The notes: a model not told the origin generated them from the letters alone. Counted from the stretch's first letter, positions 7,418 to 17,416 are shown. The stretch: 35,881 nucleotides of DNA from a virus (IMGVR_UViG_3300033067_002348:1-35881); one strand, 5' to 3'. Program-made: numbers and translations.

Positions 7418-9675
7418 TATTTAGTTCCTTCCATAATGGCCTCGATCCCGGTTCCTCCGCGATATCCAGCCTTGATAAGATCACCCATGAAATCTTTGTT
7501 AATTGGAATAATGTTCATCAGCTTCATCGCCGGTTCATCACCCAAATGCTTTTGAACGAGCAAAACATCTTCAGCAATTTTCTTTGATTCCTTTGCAGCC
7601 GTTTTTGACGCCTGAATCTGTTTTAAAAGATTAAACGGATTGTATATTTGAGCGGCTTCTTTTTCTGCAGCGATCTTAGCGGCCAATCCGGCTGGTTTTC
7701 CGAAAACAAAATTGCCTATCTTATAACCCTTTTCGGCTCCAACCATGGTCCCAATCGCGCTCCCACCGATCATTCCAGGTACCCCGCCAGCCTTTCCAGC
7801 AAAGGCCCCACCTGCACCGCCCAGAAGGCCGCCAATGAATCCAAATGCAGATCCTCCAGCCTTACCGGCACGACTTTCAGCAATGGCAGCAGCCTCTTCG
7901 GCATATTTGCGAGAAAGCCGCTCAATCTTATCGGCGGGAAAGTCGGCCATTCCAGAACTGCTTACTAAGGAAAGCTTTCTTGCTGTTATCTTATCCGCAA
8001 CAGAGTTCAGAAATTCTTTTGAATCGATATACGAAGATGCTTCCGCACGACTTCTGAGTTGATTCGCCAACTCTGAAAAATCATTTTTAAGTGGATGAAC
8101 TCCAGGAGACACGCCGGGCCGTATTTCGGAAAGTTTTTTAGATGTAAGCTTTGAAGCATTAATATATTCTTCGAGAAGAGCTCTTTGCTCGGTCTTGTTA
8201 ACTCCAAAAAGATTCGACAAGAAGCTTTCTGCTCCAGTGCTCTCAATTTTTCCCTTAATTTGCTCACCCACATTCTTCATGTTGGTATAAGCTTCATCAG
8301 CCTGGCCATATGCTGGAAACTTATCGTGCAAATTAGCCTTAATCTTGTTTCTCATTCCAGCTACCGCCGCCATAACGGCTCTCGATGGATTCCCCTGAAC
8401 CCTTCCGGCATAAAAACCCTGAAGATCCTTGTCAGCGGCATCCGATATTTTAAGAGCATCAGAAATAGGGATATCTTTGGTTTTTAACAAAGCATCTTCT
8501 GGAACGTCCTTCACCAGGGAATTTAAGAACGAAGCCTTCTCCTTAGGATTGAGCTGATCAATTATTTCATCAAAAGATCCACTATTAACCAAATCTTCTT
8601 TCAGAACTCCGCGAGCTTTTTTGGGTGCAGAAAGTAAATATTTATACTTCGCAATCAGATATTGATCCGCAGGAGTAATCGTGGAGATGCCCGATTCTGT
8701 CTTTAATTCATTTGCAACAGAACTGAGCTGCTTTACAAGGCCAGCCGTGGAAATCCTAATATCTGAAGTTTGCTTAATAAAATCTCTGTAAGCTCCAACA
8801 GTTTGCCCCGCCAACTCATTCGAATCATCGATTGTTTTTCTCAGACTTTGTACTTCTGGATAAAGACTCTGCGCATCTCTCCCGCCACGTAAAAGACTTT
8901 CAACTTTTTGAGTTCTGTTGAAGAGAGCATCCCCAACTTCAGGGGCCACTTCCCCTAATAAATCATTGGCGAGTTTTTGCGCTGTTTTCGCCTTATCGAT
9001 CGACTGTCTCGAGAGTCCGGCTTCTTTTAATGCTTCAGCAGCAAACTCTTTTGCGGTCGTCTTTGGAATTTTGAAGGCATCAATCGTTGCCTGAGCTTTC
9101 TTTAACAAACCAAGTTTTGTCGCAATATCTCGAGAAACCTCTGGAATCTTTGAGATTGATTTAACCCCTTGGGCGGCACCCATAAGCAATTGGATAGCAC
9201 CAGTTCCTACTTCCCCAACTGCTTTACCTGCTCCAAATTCTGGATAAACCTCAGACGGCAACCCCTGAATCGCTTTTTCCTTTTTGTAGAGGTCTTTGAC
9301 TTCTTTTATCGAAGGAAATTTTCCCTCTTTTGCAATATCAAATCCTGTTCTTAAGCCAGCACCGATCTCTTGAGCATTTGGAAGCCAAGCGCTTTCTTGT
9401 GCCTTTGAAAACCTCTCAGCGGTTCTGTCTATGAAGCCTTTTGATTGATCAACCTCTTGAAAAGGCGCTCTTGCCAGAACCTCTAATCCCTGAGGAGCGT
9501 TTATTGGATTTAATGCATCGACAATTCCGTATCCCAATCCAGATCCAAAGCGCTTGGCTTTTTCGGAAAAAGAAGGACCGGAGATTTCCTCAGCCCTAGG
9601 AGGAGCATCCGACCATTTTGAAACTTTTTTCATTCCAAGCCCTTCCACTGTCGGAGGAGCGTCATTCCAGGCCAT
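7417..9675 (-). CDS. Large internal virion (DNA ejection) protein
   Basis: 752-aa helical Ala/Lys-rich protein, WNDAPP/WSDAPP N-terminal repeat, glycine-zipper segment; typical podovirus position. Confidence 0.7.
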   Translation of the reverse strand: MAWNDAPPTVEGLGMKKVSKWSDAPPRAEEISGPSFSEKAKRFGSGLGYGIVDALNPINAPQGLEVLARAPFQEVDQSKGFIDRTAERFSKAQESAWLPNAQEIGAGLRTGFDIAKEGKFPSIKEVKDLYKKEKAIQGLPSEVYPEFGAGKAVGEVGTGAIQLLMGAAQGVKSISKIPEVSRDIATKLGLLKKAQATIDAFKIPKTTAKEFAAEALKEAGLSRQSIDKAKTAQKLANDLLGEVAPEVGDALFNRTQKVESLLRGGRDAQSLYPEVQSLRKTIDDSNELAGQTVGAYRDFIKQTSDIRISTAGLVKQLSSVANELKTESGISTITPADQYLIAKYKYLLSAPKKARGVLKEDLVNSGSFDEIIDQLNPKEKASFLNSLVKDVPEDALLKTKDIPISDALKISDAADKDLQGFYAGRVQGNPSRAVMAAVAGMRNKIKANLHDKFPAYGQADEAYTNMKNVGEQIKGKIESTGAESFLSNLFGVNKTEQRALLEEYINASKLTSKKLSEIRPGVSPGVHPLKNDFSELANQLRSRAEASSYIDSKEFLNSVADKITARKLSLVSSSGMADFPADKIERLSRKYAEEAAAIAESRAGKAGGSAFGFIGGLLGGAGGAFAGKAGGVPGMIGGSAIGTMVGAEKGYKIGNFVFGKPAGLAAKIAAEKEAAQIYNPFNLLKQIQASKTAAKESKKIAEDVLLVQKHLGDEPAMKLMNIIPINKDFMGDLIKAGYRGGTGIEAIMEGTK

Positions 9676-10661
9676 TATTGGGTCCTCATTTGCTTAATTT
9701 TAAGCGCTTGATCTGGGGAAATATTATGAGCCTTTGCATAATCGAGGACGTCTTGATCATAAGCGGTAGGCGAGTGTGTGTTGGATCCAGCTCCAGAAAA
9801 ATCAACCTTACTGAAGTCTGGGATTTGGCCCTTAAACCCTTTGAGGCTTGAATTGTTTTTCTCAAACCAATCAACCGCGCTTTGTTTTGCCTTCGCTGCA
9901 GCTTCTTGGGCCGCAATTGTTCTGGATAAGCTTTCTATGTTTTTGCTCGCCGGAAGTCTCGGGTTGTATGCACGCTCGATCACAGACCTACCTTCTTTTT
10001 CAGTAAAGGCAGGCCCCAAGATCGTCTTGAGATTGGATTGAATGGCCTCTTCAACCATTTGTTGGAGCGAGGCGGATTCAGTATCGGTGATATCTCGAAT
10101 ATCTTTTGGAAGCCCCCTCGAGAGCCCACCCGAAAGATTTGGATTGTCAGAAAGGATCTTTATGGCACTTTTAAGTTGACCCAAATTTTTAGAAACATTG
10201 GCGTAACCACCCTGGGCAACGTAGTCGTTATAATCTCCAGCAAACTTAGCATCAACAGCCTCTTGTCCTTTGCTTATCACTGGAGCGTTAAGCTCCTTCT
10301 TGCCTTTTGCGATATCATTCTGAGTTTTTTGAATACCCAAACTTTTAGCGATCACATCAAGGGCTGATTCAGGCTTTTCTCGATAAACCCATTTTCCAGG
10401 TACCCCAGGAACATCTTCAGCTTTTCCAGCTTGGATTTCTTCAGGAGTTGCGGCTTTAAACAGCTGAGCTCGATTAAGATCAATACTCTCTTTCGATTGC
10501 TTCAACTTATCCTGAGCTTCCCCAACTCCTTTGATCGTGGAATAGGTCTGAAGCCCTGCGCCTAAAACTTTGCTTGCAATATCAACTCCAAGAGCAATTT
10601 GCTCAAGAGCACTTGGTTTTCTTTCTCGTCTTCCAACTGAATTAATTCCACTCAGAGCCAT
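9675..10661 (-). CDS. Internal virion (ejection) protein
   Basis: Helical protein with LGPAFTEKEG-type motif; position between tail tube and fibre genes. Confidence 0.7.
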   Translation of the reverse strand: MALSGINSVGRRERKPSALEQIALGVDIASKVLGAGLQTYSTIKGVGEAQDKLKQSKESIDLNRAQLFKAATPEEIQAGKAEDVPGVPGKWVYREKPESALDVIAKSLGIQKTQNDIAKGKKELNAPVISKGQEAVDAKFAGDYNDYVAQGGYANVSKNLGQLKSAIKILSDNPNLSGGLSRGLPKDIRDITDTESASLQQMVEEAIQSNLKTILGPAFTEKEGRSVIERAYNPRLPASKNIESLSRTIAAQEAAAKAKQSAVDWFEKNNSSLKGFKGQIPDFSKVDFSGAGSNTHSPTAYDQDVLDYAKAHNISPDQALKIKQMRTQ

Positions 10662-10672
10662 AAAATTTCCCC

Positions 10673-10939
10673 TTAAGGACGAATGAGATTAGGAGCCGCA
10701 GCTCGAGTTCCGGCTTTTGTTAATTCTTCCATCGTCTTCTTTGAAAGCTCTTCAGCTGCCTTCGCCGCACCTTCTGTTGCCTTATTGGCAGCGTTTTCCG
10801 CGACCTTTCCATAAGCATTAATCCCGGCGTTCGCCAATCCAGCGAGAGAAGTTCCGATTCCAAGATAATCAGCGAAGGAATCCAGCGCAGACTTCTTTTT
10901 CTCTTTAAGTTGAGGTGCATTAACTTGATTAAGACCCAT
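10673..10939 (-). CDS. Small putative ejection protein
   Basis: N-terminus resembles that of 9675..10661 (KSAL...GI...LAG..AG...Y). Confidence 0.65.
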   Translation of the reverse strand: MGLNQVNAPQLKEKKKSALDSFADYLGIGTSLAGLANAGINAYGKVAENAANKATEGAAKAAEELSKKTMEELTKAGTRAAAPNLIRP

Positions 10940-11192
10940 AAACTCCCTTTCTCTTAAAGACCGCCATCGGATCTTGAGCGTTCTTACTTACGTTCGATAC
11001 GTTTCCTTCGTTTCCTAAAAACAAAACGGCACTATCCTTGATCGGATCAATCAAAAGAAATTGAGCCGCATTTTGAAGAGGAGTGGGAGCTCGATTGGTC
11101 TGCAAGAATTCTCCCTTTCTCCCAAATCGATCCGCAAAAGCAATCTTATTGGCTCCCCCTTCAGAGGGCCTTTGAACATCATTGAGTGGCAT
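10929..11192 (-). CDS. Small virion-module protein, paralog of 11192..11398
   Basis: PTPLQNAAQFLLIDP...LFLGN vs PSKLQVASKYLIFDP...LFLNN. Confidence 0.65.
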   Translation of the reverse strand: MPLNDVQRPSEGGANKIAFADRFGRKGEFLQTNRAPTPLQNAAQFLLIDPIKDSAVLFLGNEGNVSNVSKNAQDPMAVFKRKGVYGS

Positions 11193-11398
11193 TATTTCTT
11201 CACTCCCGGCAAACCAGGAACGCTCGGCATGTTAAGCCCCGCATAAAACTGCTTTGCCTGCTCTAAACCTTTTTTGTTGTTCAAAAATAAAGCTGGATTC
11301 GAAGCCGCAGGATCAAAGATCAAATACTTTGAAGCCACCTGTAGTTTTGAAGGTTTGATGTTCTTATCTTTTGGATTGATTGTGACAATATCAGACAT
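11192..11398 (-). CDS. Small virion-module protein
   Basis: TAATG coupling on both sides; similarity to its neighbour. Confidence 0.65.
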   Translation of the reverse strand: MSDIVTINPKDKNIKPSKLQVASKYLIFDPAASNPALFLNNKKGLEQAKQFYAGLNMPSVPGLPGVKK

Positions 11399-11799
11399 TA
11401 GGTAAGCCTCGTCTTCAGTTCGTCTTTTGCAGCCTGCAAATGATTCATAATTGCTTCACTCTCAGGCTTTGGAATCTCAACATTTGATTTAAGTGCGGCT
11501 TGAGCATTTTGAAGCATCGCCATTTGGACTTGGGGATCCTTCTTACTCATCGATCCAAGAGGGGAAAGCGGTCTTGTCTGCCTTACCTTTGCAGGATCAA
11601 TGGCATTTCCGGCTAAACCACCGCCAAGTCCTCCAAGACTATATCCAAGAGAAGCACCCTCAACGGCACCCGCAGGACCGCCCACAACGGTTCCTAAAAT
11701 CGCTCCAATACCCGTACCAGCGATCTTTCCGATGACTCCGCCGATTCCGCCGCCACCACTATGAACTTTCACCTGCTTATTGATTGGCGCAAATGCCAT
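11398..11799 (-). CDS. Glycine-zipper internal virion / pilot-like protein
   Basis: GGIGGVIGKIAGTGIGAILGTVVGGPAGAVEGASLG segment. Confidence 0.7.
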   Translation of the reverse strand: MAFAPINKQVKVHSGGGGIGGVIGKIAGTGIGAILGTVVGGPAGAVEGASLGYSLGGLGGGLAGNAIDPAKVRQTRPLSPLGSMSKKDPQVQMAMLQNAQAALKSNVEIPKPESEAIMNHLQAAKDELKTRLT

Positions 11800-11811
11800 G
11801 AATCACACCCT

Positions 11812-12681
11812 TTAATAATATTGCTTGTAGTTAATGTTTCCGCCCGTATTTGCAGATCTTGTCGCCCCAAGTTTTCCTCGAAGGGAATTAAGAGTTCGCA
11901 TAACCGCATCGTTCTTCGACTCACCTTTTCTCGTGTCATAGAGACCGGCTTCTTTAAGAGCGACCGCAGAGTTGAGAAGGTTGGTTCGAATGTTTTCATC
12001 AAACTCAAGCTGTTGCAAACGAACCTGTTCAGCAAAACTTCCCTTTTGAAAGGCAAGAGTGTCAGCAAATTGACGCTTTTGAATATCCTGAGCGATTCTG
12101 TTTTCCCGAGAGGCATAATCTTGAGATCCGAGACGCTCACTCGTTGCATATTGCTGAGTGGCCTGTCTTTCACCTGTTGAATAAGCCTGAACCGCTTCTC
12201 GCTCTTGAGTCGTAAACTGTCTTCCGAGCTGAGCTTCAAGCGCAGCGAAATCTTGTGAACTTAAGCGCTCACCCGTTGCAAATCTTTCTCCCGCTTGTCG
12301 TTGAAGATCTTGGAATGCTTGAACGGCTTCTCGCTCACCTGTTGAAAACTTTCTTCCGAGTTCAGCCTCTCCAGATTGATAGGCCTGAGATCCAAGTCTC
12401 TCTGAAGTCTGATAGGCTTGAGCTTCCTTTTGCGCCTGAATATCTTGAAGAGATTTAGCCTGATTGCTTTGAAGATCAGCCTCAGCGCTCGTAAATCCTT
12501 CGTTAAACTGCTTTTGAGCTTTTGATTGAGCCTTAAGCGCAGTTCCGCCTTTAAGTCCGGAAATAGCTTGCTGTCTTGCAAGATTCCTTTGCAAGTCTTG
12601 CTGTCCAATCTTCTTTTGCTGCTCTAGCTTTCGCTTAGCTCCAGCAAATTGCTGAAGGACTAATTCTTCTTGTGTCGCCAT
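11812..12681 (-). CDS. Gln-rich ejection/pilot protein with 11-residue repeats
   Basis: Ten hendecads such as YQTSERLGSQA, FSTGEREAVQA and FATGERLSSQD. Confidence 0.75.
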   Translation of the reverse strand: MATQEELVLQQFAGAKRKLEQQKKIGQQDLQRNLARQQAISGLKGGTALKAQSKAQKQFNEGFTSAEADLQSNQAKSLQDIQAQKEAQAYQTSERLGSQAYQSGEAELGRKFSTGEREAVQAFQDLQRQAGERFATGERLSSQDFAALEAQLGRQFTTQEREAVQAYSTGERQATQQYATSERLGSQDYASRENRIAQDIQKRQFADTLAFQKGSFAEQVRLQQLEFDENIRTNLLNSAVALKEAGLYDTRKGESKNDAVMRTLNSLRGKLGATRSANTGGNINYKQYY

Positions 12682-14570
12682 TATCTGCGTCTCCTTAAAT
12701 TCATCCCAAGCTCAACACGATGGACCTTAAAAGCCTGTCCAGCCGTATTTTGATTGTCAAAACGTACCTGAAGTCGTTTCCCTAAAAGTTTACCAAGGGC
12801 CAACCGAGTCTCAAAATCATCTCTTGCCCCACCCCAAGGATCTAATCCCCAAACCATTGTGCCCCAAACAGATCCTCCAGGAGAAAGATCAATATTTTGT
12901 GCAGATCCAGCTCCCGTTGATCCATCGGTTCGAACACGAACACTCATGTTGTATGATCCAAGCCGAGCCTGCCAAATATAGAGTTCTCGGAAATCCTTGA
13001 CGTAAGAATCTAGAGATCCATCATCTTCTCCGCCGATTTCCTTGGTCCAAAAATACGAGTTGATAGCAGTTCCAGAATCGGAATAAACACCCGCTTCGAG
13101 CTGATAAACAAAGCCATTTGAGTTTGAGGATCCTGCGTAGAACTTTCCGTTATGAACCGTGAAAACATTCGATTCAATTCCCGTCCAAGGAGACCAACCA
13201 TCGGGCTGTTGACCAAGCACAATTCTGTTTGTATCCAGCCACAGAATCTTCGCGTTCCTTGCCTCACCCAGACCCGTATAAGCCAAATAGAGTCTGTTTT
13301 CGAATAAACCCATGGCCATGTTTGACCAGTAAGTGGGCTCCATTCGATTCAAGAAATCATATTCAACTTTTTCAGAAATATTTTCAGTTCGAAGCCTTCC
13401 TTCAAAGGATTGAACGACTTGAAGGCCTGTCATGAAGTGAAGGCCAGTGATTCGATTGTTTCTCTTACCGATAAAGAGAATTCCGTTCTCTCCATAGGTA
13501 AAAGCCCTGGGTCCAACGATTCCAAGGTTTGCAGGACTCTTTCTTGAGATCCATGTGGTTTCATCCGCAGGATCCGTGGTCTGAATGCTGTAGTTGTTAT
13601 TGGATTTAAAGATATTTACGAACTCATCTTGAGTCGCAATAGCAATAATGTTTTCACCGTCTTTATTGTCGATGGGCTCAAAGTTTTCAACCTGCGAGAT
13701 AAACGGATTTCCGAGATCCGTCCATCTCAGCAGGCTTCTATCGGTAGAGTCGTCGAAAAAGAGGCGTTCCTTATGAAGGGCGATCGTTGTAAATGGAGTC
13801 GGTTTAGTTCCATCTTCAACGGGTTCCCCTCCAAGCTCTGTATCATGGATGTTATCCGTATAAGTCGTCGTCGTGTTATCGGCGATCTCTGCAACACGAT
13901 AAAAATCCCCGTCCAATCCAAATCTTCGGTAAATAACTCTCGAATTCACTCCCGCTAAAGATGAGCCAACAGGAATGCCCGTCAGTCCAATCGTTAAACT
14001 TGCAGCAATCGTGATTCCGGGAGATATCGATCCAATCTCACCTTCAACCGCCTGAGAATTAACAAATGAAACTCCATAATAATAAGTTCCAGCCGTAAGC
14101 GTTCCCGCACCAGAGGTTGCACCCGTAGGAGCTGAGGGAATATCAATTCCCATATTATAAAAACCTGATCCGTCGTATTTCCACGGACCATTCGTTCCAT
14201 CCGATGAGAAAAGAAGGTTTTGATAGGTTGTGTAGGCAACCTTTACTCCAGAAGTGAACTTTCCCTGAGCAGATCCAATAGTAACGAACGTTGTTCCACT
14301 GGCTCGATACATGGAGCCGCCGGCCCATGCGATCATCGATCCATTAAAAGAGGTGAGTCCATCAATGGGAGTCGTGCCAATCGCTTGAGTATTGAAAGTC
14401 ACAGATCCATCGCGAGTCGCCACAGATCCCGTGTCATCATAAACAACGTTTAAGCAATCAGGAGACTCGGAAGCGCCGATTTTAGAAGGAGAATCTTTTG
14501 AATTATATCCGCCATCTAGTCTCTCAATGGAGTAGCGGACGCGAGTTCCAACATTTCGTATCGAAGGCAT
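12681..14570 (-). CDS. Tail tube / nozzle (stabilisation) protein, beta-propeller type
   Basis: N-terminal LDGGYN...ESPDCLNV...GSVATRDG pattern, 629 aa, beta-rich, follows the adaptor gene. Confidence 0.8.
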   Translation of the reverse strand: MPSIRNVGTRVRYSIERLDGGYNSKDSPSKIGASESPDCLNVVYDDTGSVATRDGSVTFNTQAIGTTPIDGLTSFNGSMIAWAGGSMYRASGTTFVTIGSAQGKFTSGVKVAYTTYQNLLFSSDGTNGPWKYDGSGFYNMGIDIPSAPTGATSGAGTLTAGTYYYGVSFVNSQAVEGEIGSISPGITIAASLTIGLTGIPVGSSLAGVNSRVIYRRFGLDGDFYRVAEIADNTTTTYTDNIHDTELGGEPVEDGTKPTPFTTIALHKERLFFDDSTDRSLLRWTDLGNPFISQVENFEPIDNKDGENIIAIATQDEFVNIFKSNNNYSIQTTDPADETTWISRKSPANLGIVGPRAFTYGENGILFIGKRNNRITGLHFMTGLQVVQSFEGRLRTENISEKVEYDFLNRMEPTYWSNMAMGLFENRLYLAYTGLGEARNAKILWLDTNRIVLGQQPDGWSPWTGIESNVFTVHNGKFYAGSSNSNGFVYQLEAGVYSDSGTAINSYFWTKEIGGEDDGSLDSYVKDFRELYIWQARLGSYNMSVRVRTDGSTGAGSAQNIDLSPGGSVWGTMVWGLDPWGGARDDFETRLALGKLLGKRLQVRFDNQNTAGQAFKVHRVELGMNLRRRR

Positions 14571-14580
14571 CTTATCCCCA

Positions 14581-15225
14581 CTAGATAACTCCGAACTCAG
14601 TCTCTAAGCTTGAGTCCGTATCCACGATCGTAGCTGCGGATCCTGTTCGTCGTCTTCGTTTTACGAACTCACGCATCATAAGTTTATGCTCATCCCAACG
14701 GTTTTTAAACATGCTCATGAATTGAGCGTTGAGATCTTTTGCAAACATCATCCACAAAACCCCATCACACAAAGCCTGATGAAGAACCCCCGGAATGTCT
14801 AACGTCGATGAACTTGATGTGATGGAGCTTTGTTGATTCTCTGAATAGATCGTTATCGTGTCACTGCTCGTATCAGGAACAGGAACCAACGTGATCGTAT
14901 CATTCCAGAGAGTATATTCTCTCGGAGTTCCAGAAGGTGCTGTCCCAGAAACAATCCGAGCTTGATATTGTCGAAAATTAAGTCGCTTGAGAGCCTGTCC
15001 GCTATAAAGCACCCGTCGAATATGAACCGCATTGGTAGGATAGGCGTAGTCAGCGGTTCCGGCCACCGAGGTCGAAGTGGCCGTCGCCTCTTTAAGACCA
15101 ATCAATGCCATGACTTCATTCGATTTGGCCTCAAACAGAGAATAAATCTCTGCATCAGACCAATTCGTATCACTCTCGGCATTGTGAAGCCGTCGCACAT
15201 AGTCGACTGCCTCAGTGATTGTCAT
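14581..15225 (-). CDS. Head-to-tail adaptor / tail tubular protein A-like
   Basis: WSDAEIY...SVAGTADYAYP...GTPREY...LVPVPD...IP...HQAL pattern of podovirus adaptors. Confidence 0.8.
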   Translation of the reverse strand: MTITEAVDYVRRLHNAESDTNWSDAEIYSLFEAKSNEVMALIGLKEATATSTSVAGTADYAYPTNAVHIRRVLYSGQALKRLNFRQYQARIVSGTAPSGTPREYTLWNDTITLVPVPDTSSDTITIYSENQQSSITSSSSTLDIPGVLHQALCDGVLWMMFAKDLNAQFMSMFKNRWDEHKLMMREFVKRRRRTGSAATIVDTDSSLETEFGVI

Positions 15226-15626
15226 TAATCTTCCCCTAAAAGCATCTTCTTAATCGAAGAGCCTTTTTTCATCTCAGCAGTATGCTTGGCTGAAGCGTCT
15301 TTGTTTTCTTCAGCGAACTCTCTTGCCATCTCCTCAGCCGTCTTGCCCTCATATTTGATTCGTTCATCATCCGTGAGTTCAATGGTCTCAAGAGCTTTAG
15401 GCATATTTCTGAAAGTTCCATTCGGAAGCATCTCAGCAGGAGCTTTGGGCTGACCCAGAAATCTTCTTGCAGCAAGAAAAGGCATCAAAACCTTTTTGAC
15501 TCCATTTCCTGGAATCTTCATTTCTTCTCCACGAAATTCTTCCGTGTAGGTGTCTTTGTTGTTGTTCACAACCCAGACTTTTCTATTCGATCCTGTTGCA
15601 TTTGCACCGACTACTGGTTCTGCCAT
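15225..15626 (-). CDS. Hypothetical protein (morphogenesis module)
   Basis: SD GAGGAG; TAATG coupling to the adaptor gene. Confidence 0.75.
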   Translation of the reverse strand: MAEPVVGANATGSNRKVWVVNNNKDTYTEEFRGEEMKIPGNGVKKVLMPFLAARRFLGQPKAPAEMLPNGTFRNMPKALETIELTDDERIKYEGKTAEEMAREFAEENKDASAKHTAEMKKGSSIKKMLLGED

Positions 15627-15641
15627 GTTAGGTTCTCCTCG

Positions 15642-15974
15642 TTAGACGTTATCGTAAATAACCACATCGATTGTGTTCGCAGCCGATCCCGTCACCGCTG
15701 TCGCAAAACCAACACTCATATAGTGAAGTCCTGGATAGGGAAGGGGATAAACGCCCTTCACGGTTTCAGTTGCAATCGTCATAGATGTGAGAGTGGCATG
15801 AGTGTCTGTTTCACTCAATCCGCCACGAATTTGAAACGTCGCATTTCCCGCTGCAGCATTATAATTTGTCATCGCTGAAACGACGAGAAAGGCCTTATCG
15901 TTTGGACCTACATAAACTTTGTTTGTTCCTGTAGCTCCCGAGGCAAACGTAAAGGTGTATTGCTTAAAGGTCAT
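15642..15974 (-). CDS. Small Thr-rich virion structural protein
   Basis: SD GGGAGG; beta-strand, Thr/Ala-rich sequence in the head module. Confidence 0.75.
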   Translation of the reverse strand: MTFKQYTFTFASGATGTNKVYVGPNDKAFLVVSAMTNYNAAAGNATFQIRGGLSETDTHATLTSMTIATETVKGVYPLPYPGLHYMSVGFATAVTGSAANTIDVVIYDNV

Positions 15975-15985
15975 GAAACCTCCCT

Positions 15986-16285
15986 TTAAGATTTTGCCAA
16001 AATAACAAGAGTGTAAACGTCGTTGGCGATACAGCCGGTCATAGCCACAACACCGATGGATGCGACTCCAGAGGCGTTAAGGTTCGGACTGATCACAGCC
16101 ATATTTCTCGTAGAACCTGAGTTCACAAAACTGGCCATGCTTTTAGGATGAGAAAGGACAGCATAAATATTTCCCATTCCAGCATCAAAAGTTCCAGTCG
16201 TAGCATCGGGTGTGACGTTAACAATCTTGACTCGAAGGTCACCCCACACAGTGTTTGTGACGATTTGAGATACGGTAAAGGCCAT
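15986..16285 (-). CDS. Small virion structural protein
   Basis: SD GGGGG; MAFTVS...TVWGDLRV N-terminus; Thr/Ser/Val rich. Confidence 0.75.
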   Translation of the reverse strand: MAFTVSQIVTNTVWGDLRVKIVNVTPDATTGTFDAGMGNIYAVLSHPKSMASFVNSGSTRNMAVISPNLNASGVASIGVVAMTGCIANDVYTLVILAKS

Positions 16286-16294
16286 AGGTTCCCC

Positions 16295-17374
16295 CTAAAA
16301 TAATGTTAAATCTTTTTCGAATTTTGGGTTAGCGAATAGGTCTTTCAGATAGAGAGCATTTTCGTTGTTCAACTTATCTGTCCCCGCATCCCGTTCCTGC
16401 AAGTAAACCACATCTGCAATGGTATATTGAGTTAAAGCGGCTTTCAAAGGCATATATTTGAAGCAGCTCAAATTCCCGCCTAAGTATGCACCCATTGTAC
16501 CACCAGAGCAATTAATCCATGTTCCTGGAACATTCAGAGCAATGTGATCGAACCAAAACTTAAAGTTCAGATAGGATTGCCATGTTTTTCTGGGAATCCC
16601 ATACACATCAGGCCAAAGCACATAATGGCCAAGCGCATCATAGTGGGTTTTGTACGAATGAAACTGGTTGTTGTAGTCGAAACAGAAATCTCCGCCCACA
16701 TACATGATCGGGTTTGATCCCATGATGGCCTTAGCCGCATACATGCAAGCTCCAAGGGCGTTTCCTCCACAAGAGAGGTGATGAGCAAACCTTTCAATAT
16801 CGTTAAATTCCTTCATGACGCTTGCGTCAGGAATCATGCAATTGAAAAGATAAACTTCTCCCTGCCATTTCTCGAATAGCCCAGGATCAGAAGGGATGAT
16901 TGCTAAAAGCTTCTTTCCCTTTGTCTTTTCCCAATAATATTCTGGAGGATGCTGACGTCCCTCGGAGATGTCATCGAGGACAATCTTTCCAGAATCGAGG
17001 CTCATGTAGTAGTCGGCGTGAAAGCCTTCGTCTTCAAACAACCCAAAGTTGTGTAAACACGAAACAGTCATCACGGGATGCTCAGAGCGAGCGTTTTCCT
17101 TCAAGGCCTCCATGGAATCTTTAAGACTTGGGCCAGATCCAATCACAATGGCTGGCTTATGCCTGTTGATTCCGTGAAGTTTTCCGATGGATCGATCTTG
17201 AAAGGTTCCGAATCTTTCTTTGGCCAGCTTATAATTCTTAATCCACGTTTCCCGCCAGTGATTCACGGTCACTCCATCCCCTGAGCAGGCATTGTTGTAG
17301 AGGTTTCCTACTTGTGGAGGAGGAGCGTCGATAAGGGGTTGATAGAGAAGATCGATTTCAATGTTCTTCATCAT
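16295..17374 (-). CDS. Maf/DUF115 (MptE-like domain) putative CMP-nonulosonate glycosyltransferase
   Basis: KPAIVIGSGPSL, GFHADYYMSLD, GGNALGACMYAA...GSNPIMYVGGDFCF and WINCSGG follow the motif order of motility-associated-factor glycosyltransferases. Start reassigned to ATG 17374. Confidence 0.8.
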   Translation of the reverse strand: MMKNIEIDLLYQPLIDAPPPQVGNLYNNACSGDGVTVNHWRETWIKNYKLAKERFGTFQDRSIGKLHGINRHKPAIVIGSGPSLKDSMEALKENARSEHPVMTVSCLHNFGLFEDEGFHADYYMSLDSGKIVLDDISEGRQHPPEYYWEKTKGKKLLAIIPSDPGLFEKWQGEVYLFNCMIPDASVMKEFNDIERFAHHLSCGGNALGACMYAAKAIMGSNPIMYVGGDFCFDYNNQFHSYKTHYDALGHYVLWPDVYGIPRKTWQSYLNFKFWFDHIALNVPGTWINCSGGTMGAYLGGNLSCFKYMPLKAALTQYTIADVVYLQERDAGTDKLNNENALYLKDLFANPKFEKDLTLF

Positions 17375-17377
17375 AAG

Positions 17378-17403
17378 AAAAATGGGGGGAATTTCACCCC
17401 CCA
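17378..17403 (-). terminator. Intrinsic terminator after the capsid and decoration genes
   Basis: Minus strand reads TGGGGGG-TGAAATT-CCCCCCA-TTTTT. Confidence 0.75.
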
Positions 17404-17416
17404 ATAGTTATCCCGA

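Noticed and set aside
16295-17374. MptE pterin pyrophosphokinase
   Set aside because: It shares the DUF115 domain, but the length, the C-terminal G-x-D-F and INC-x-x-G motifs and the CMP-sugar pathway in the genome favour a Maf-type transferase. Not formally excluded.
17375-17404. Track start (TTG 17404) for the Maf-like gene
   Set aside because: It lies within the terminator hairpin; ATG 17374 is more plausible.
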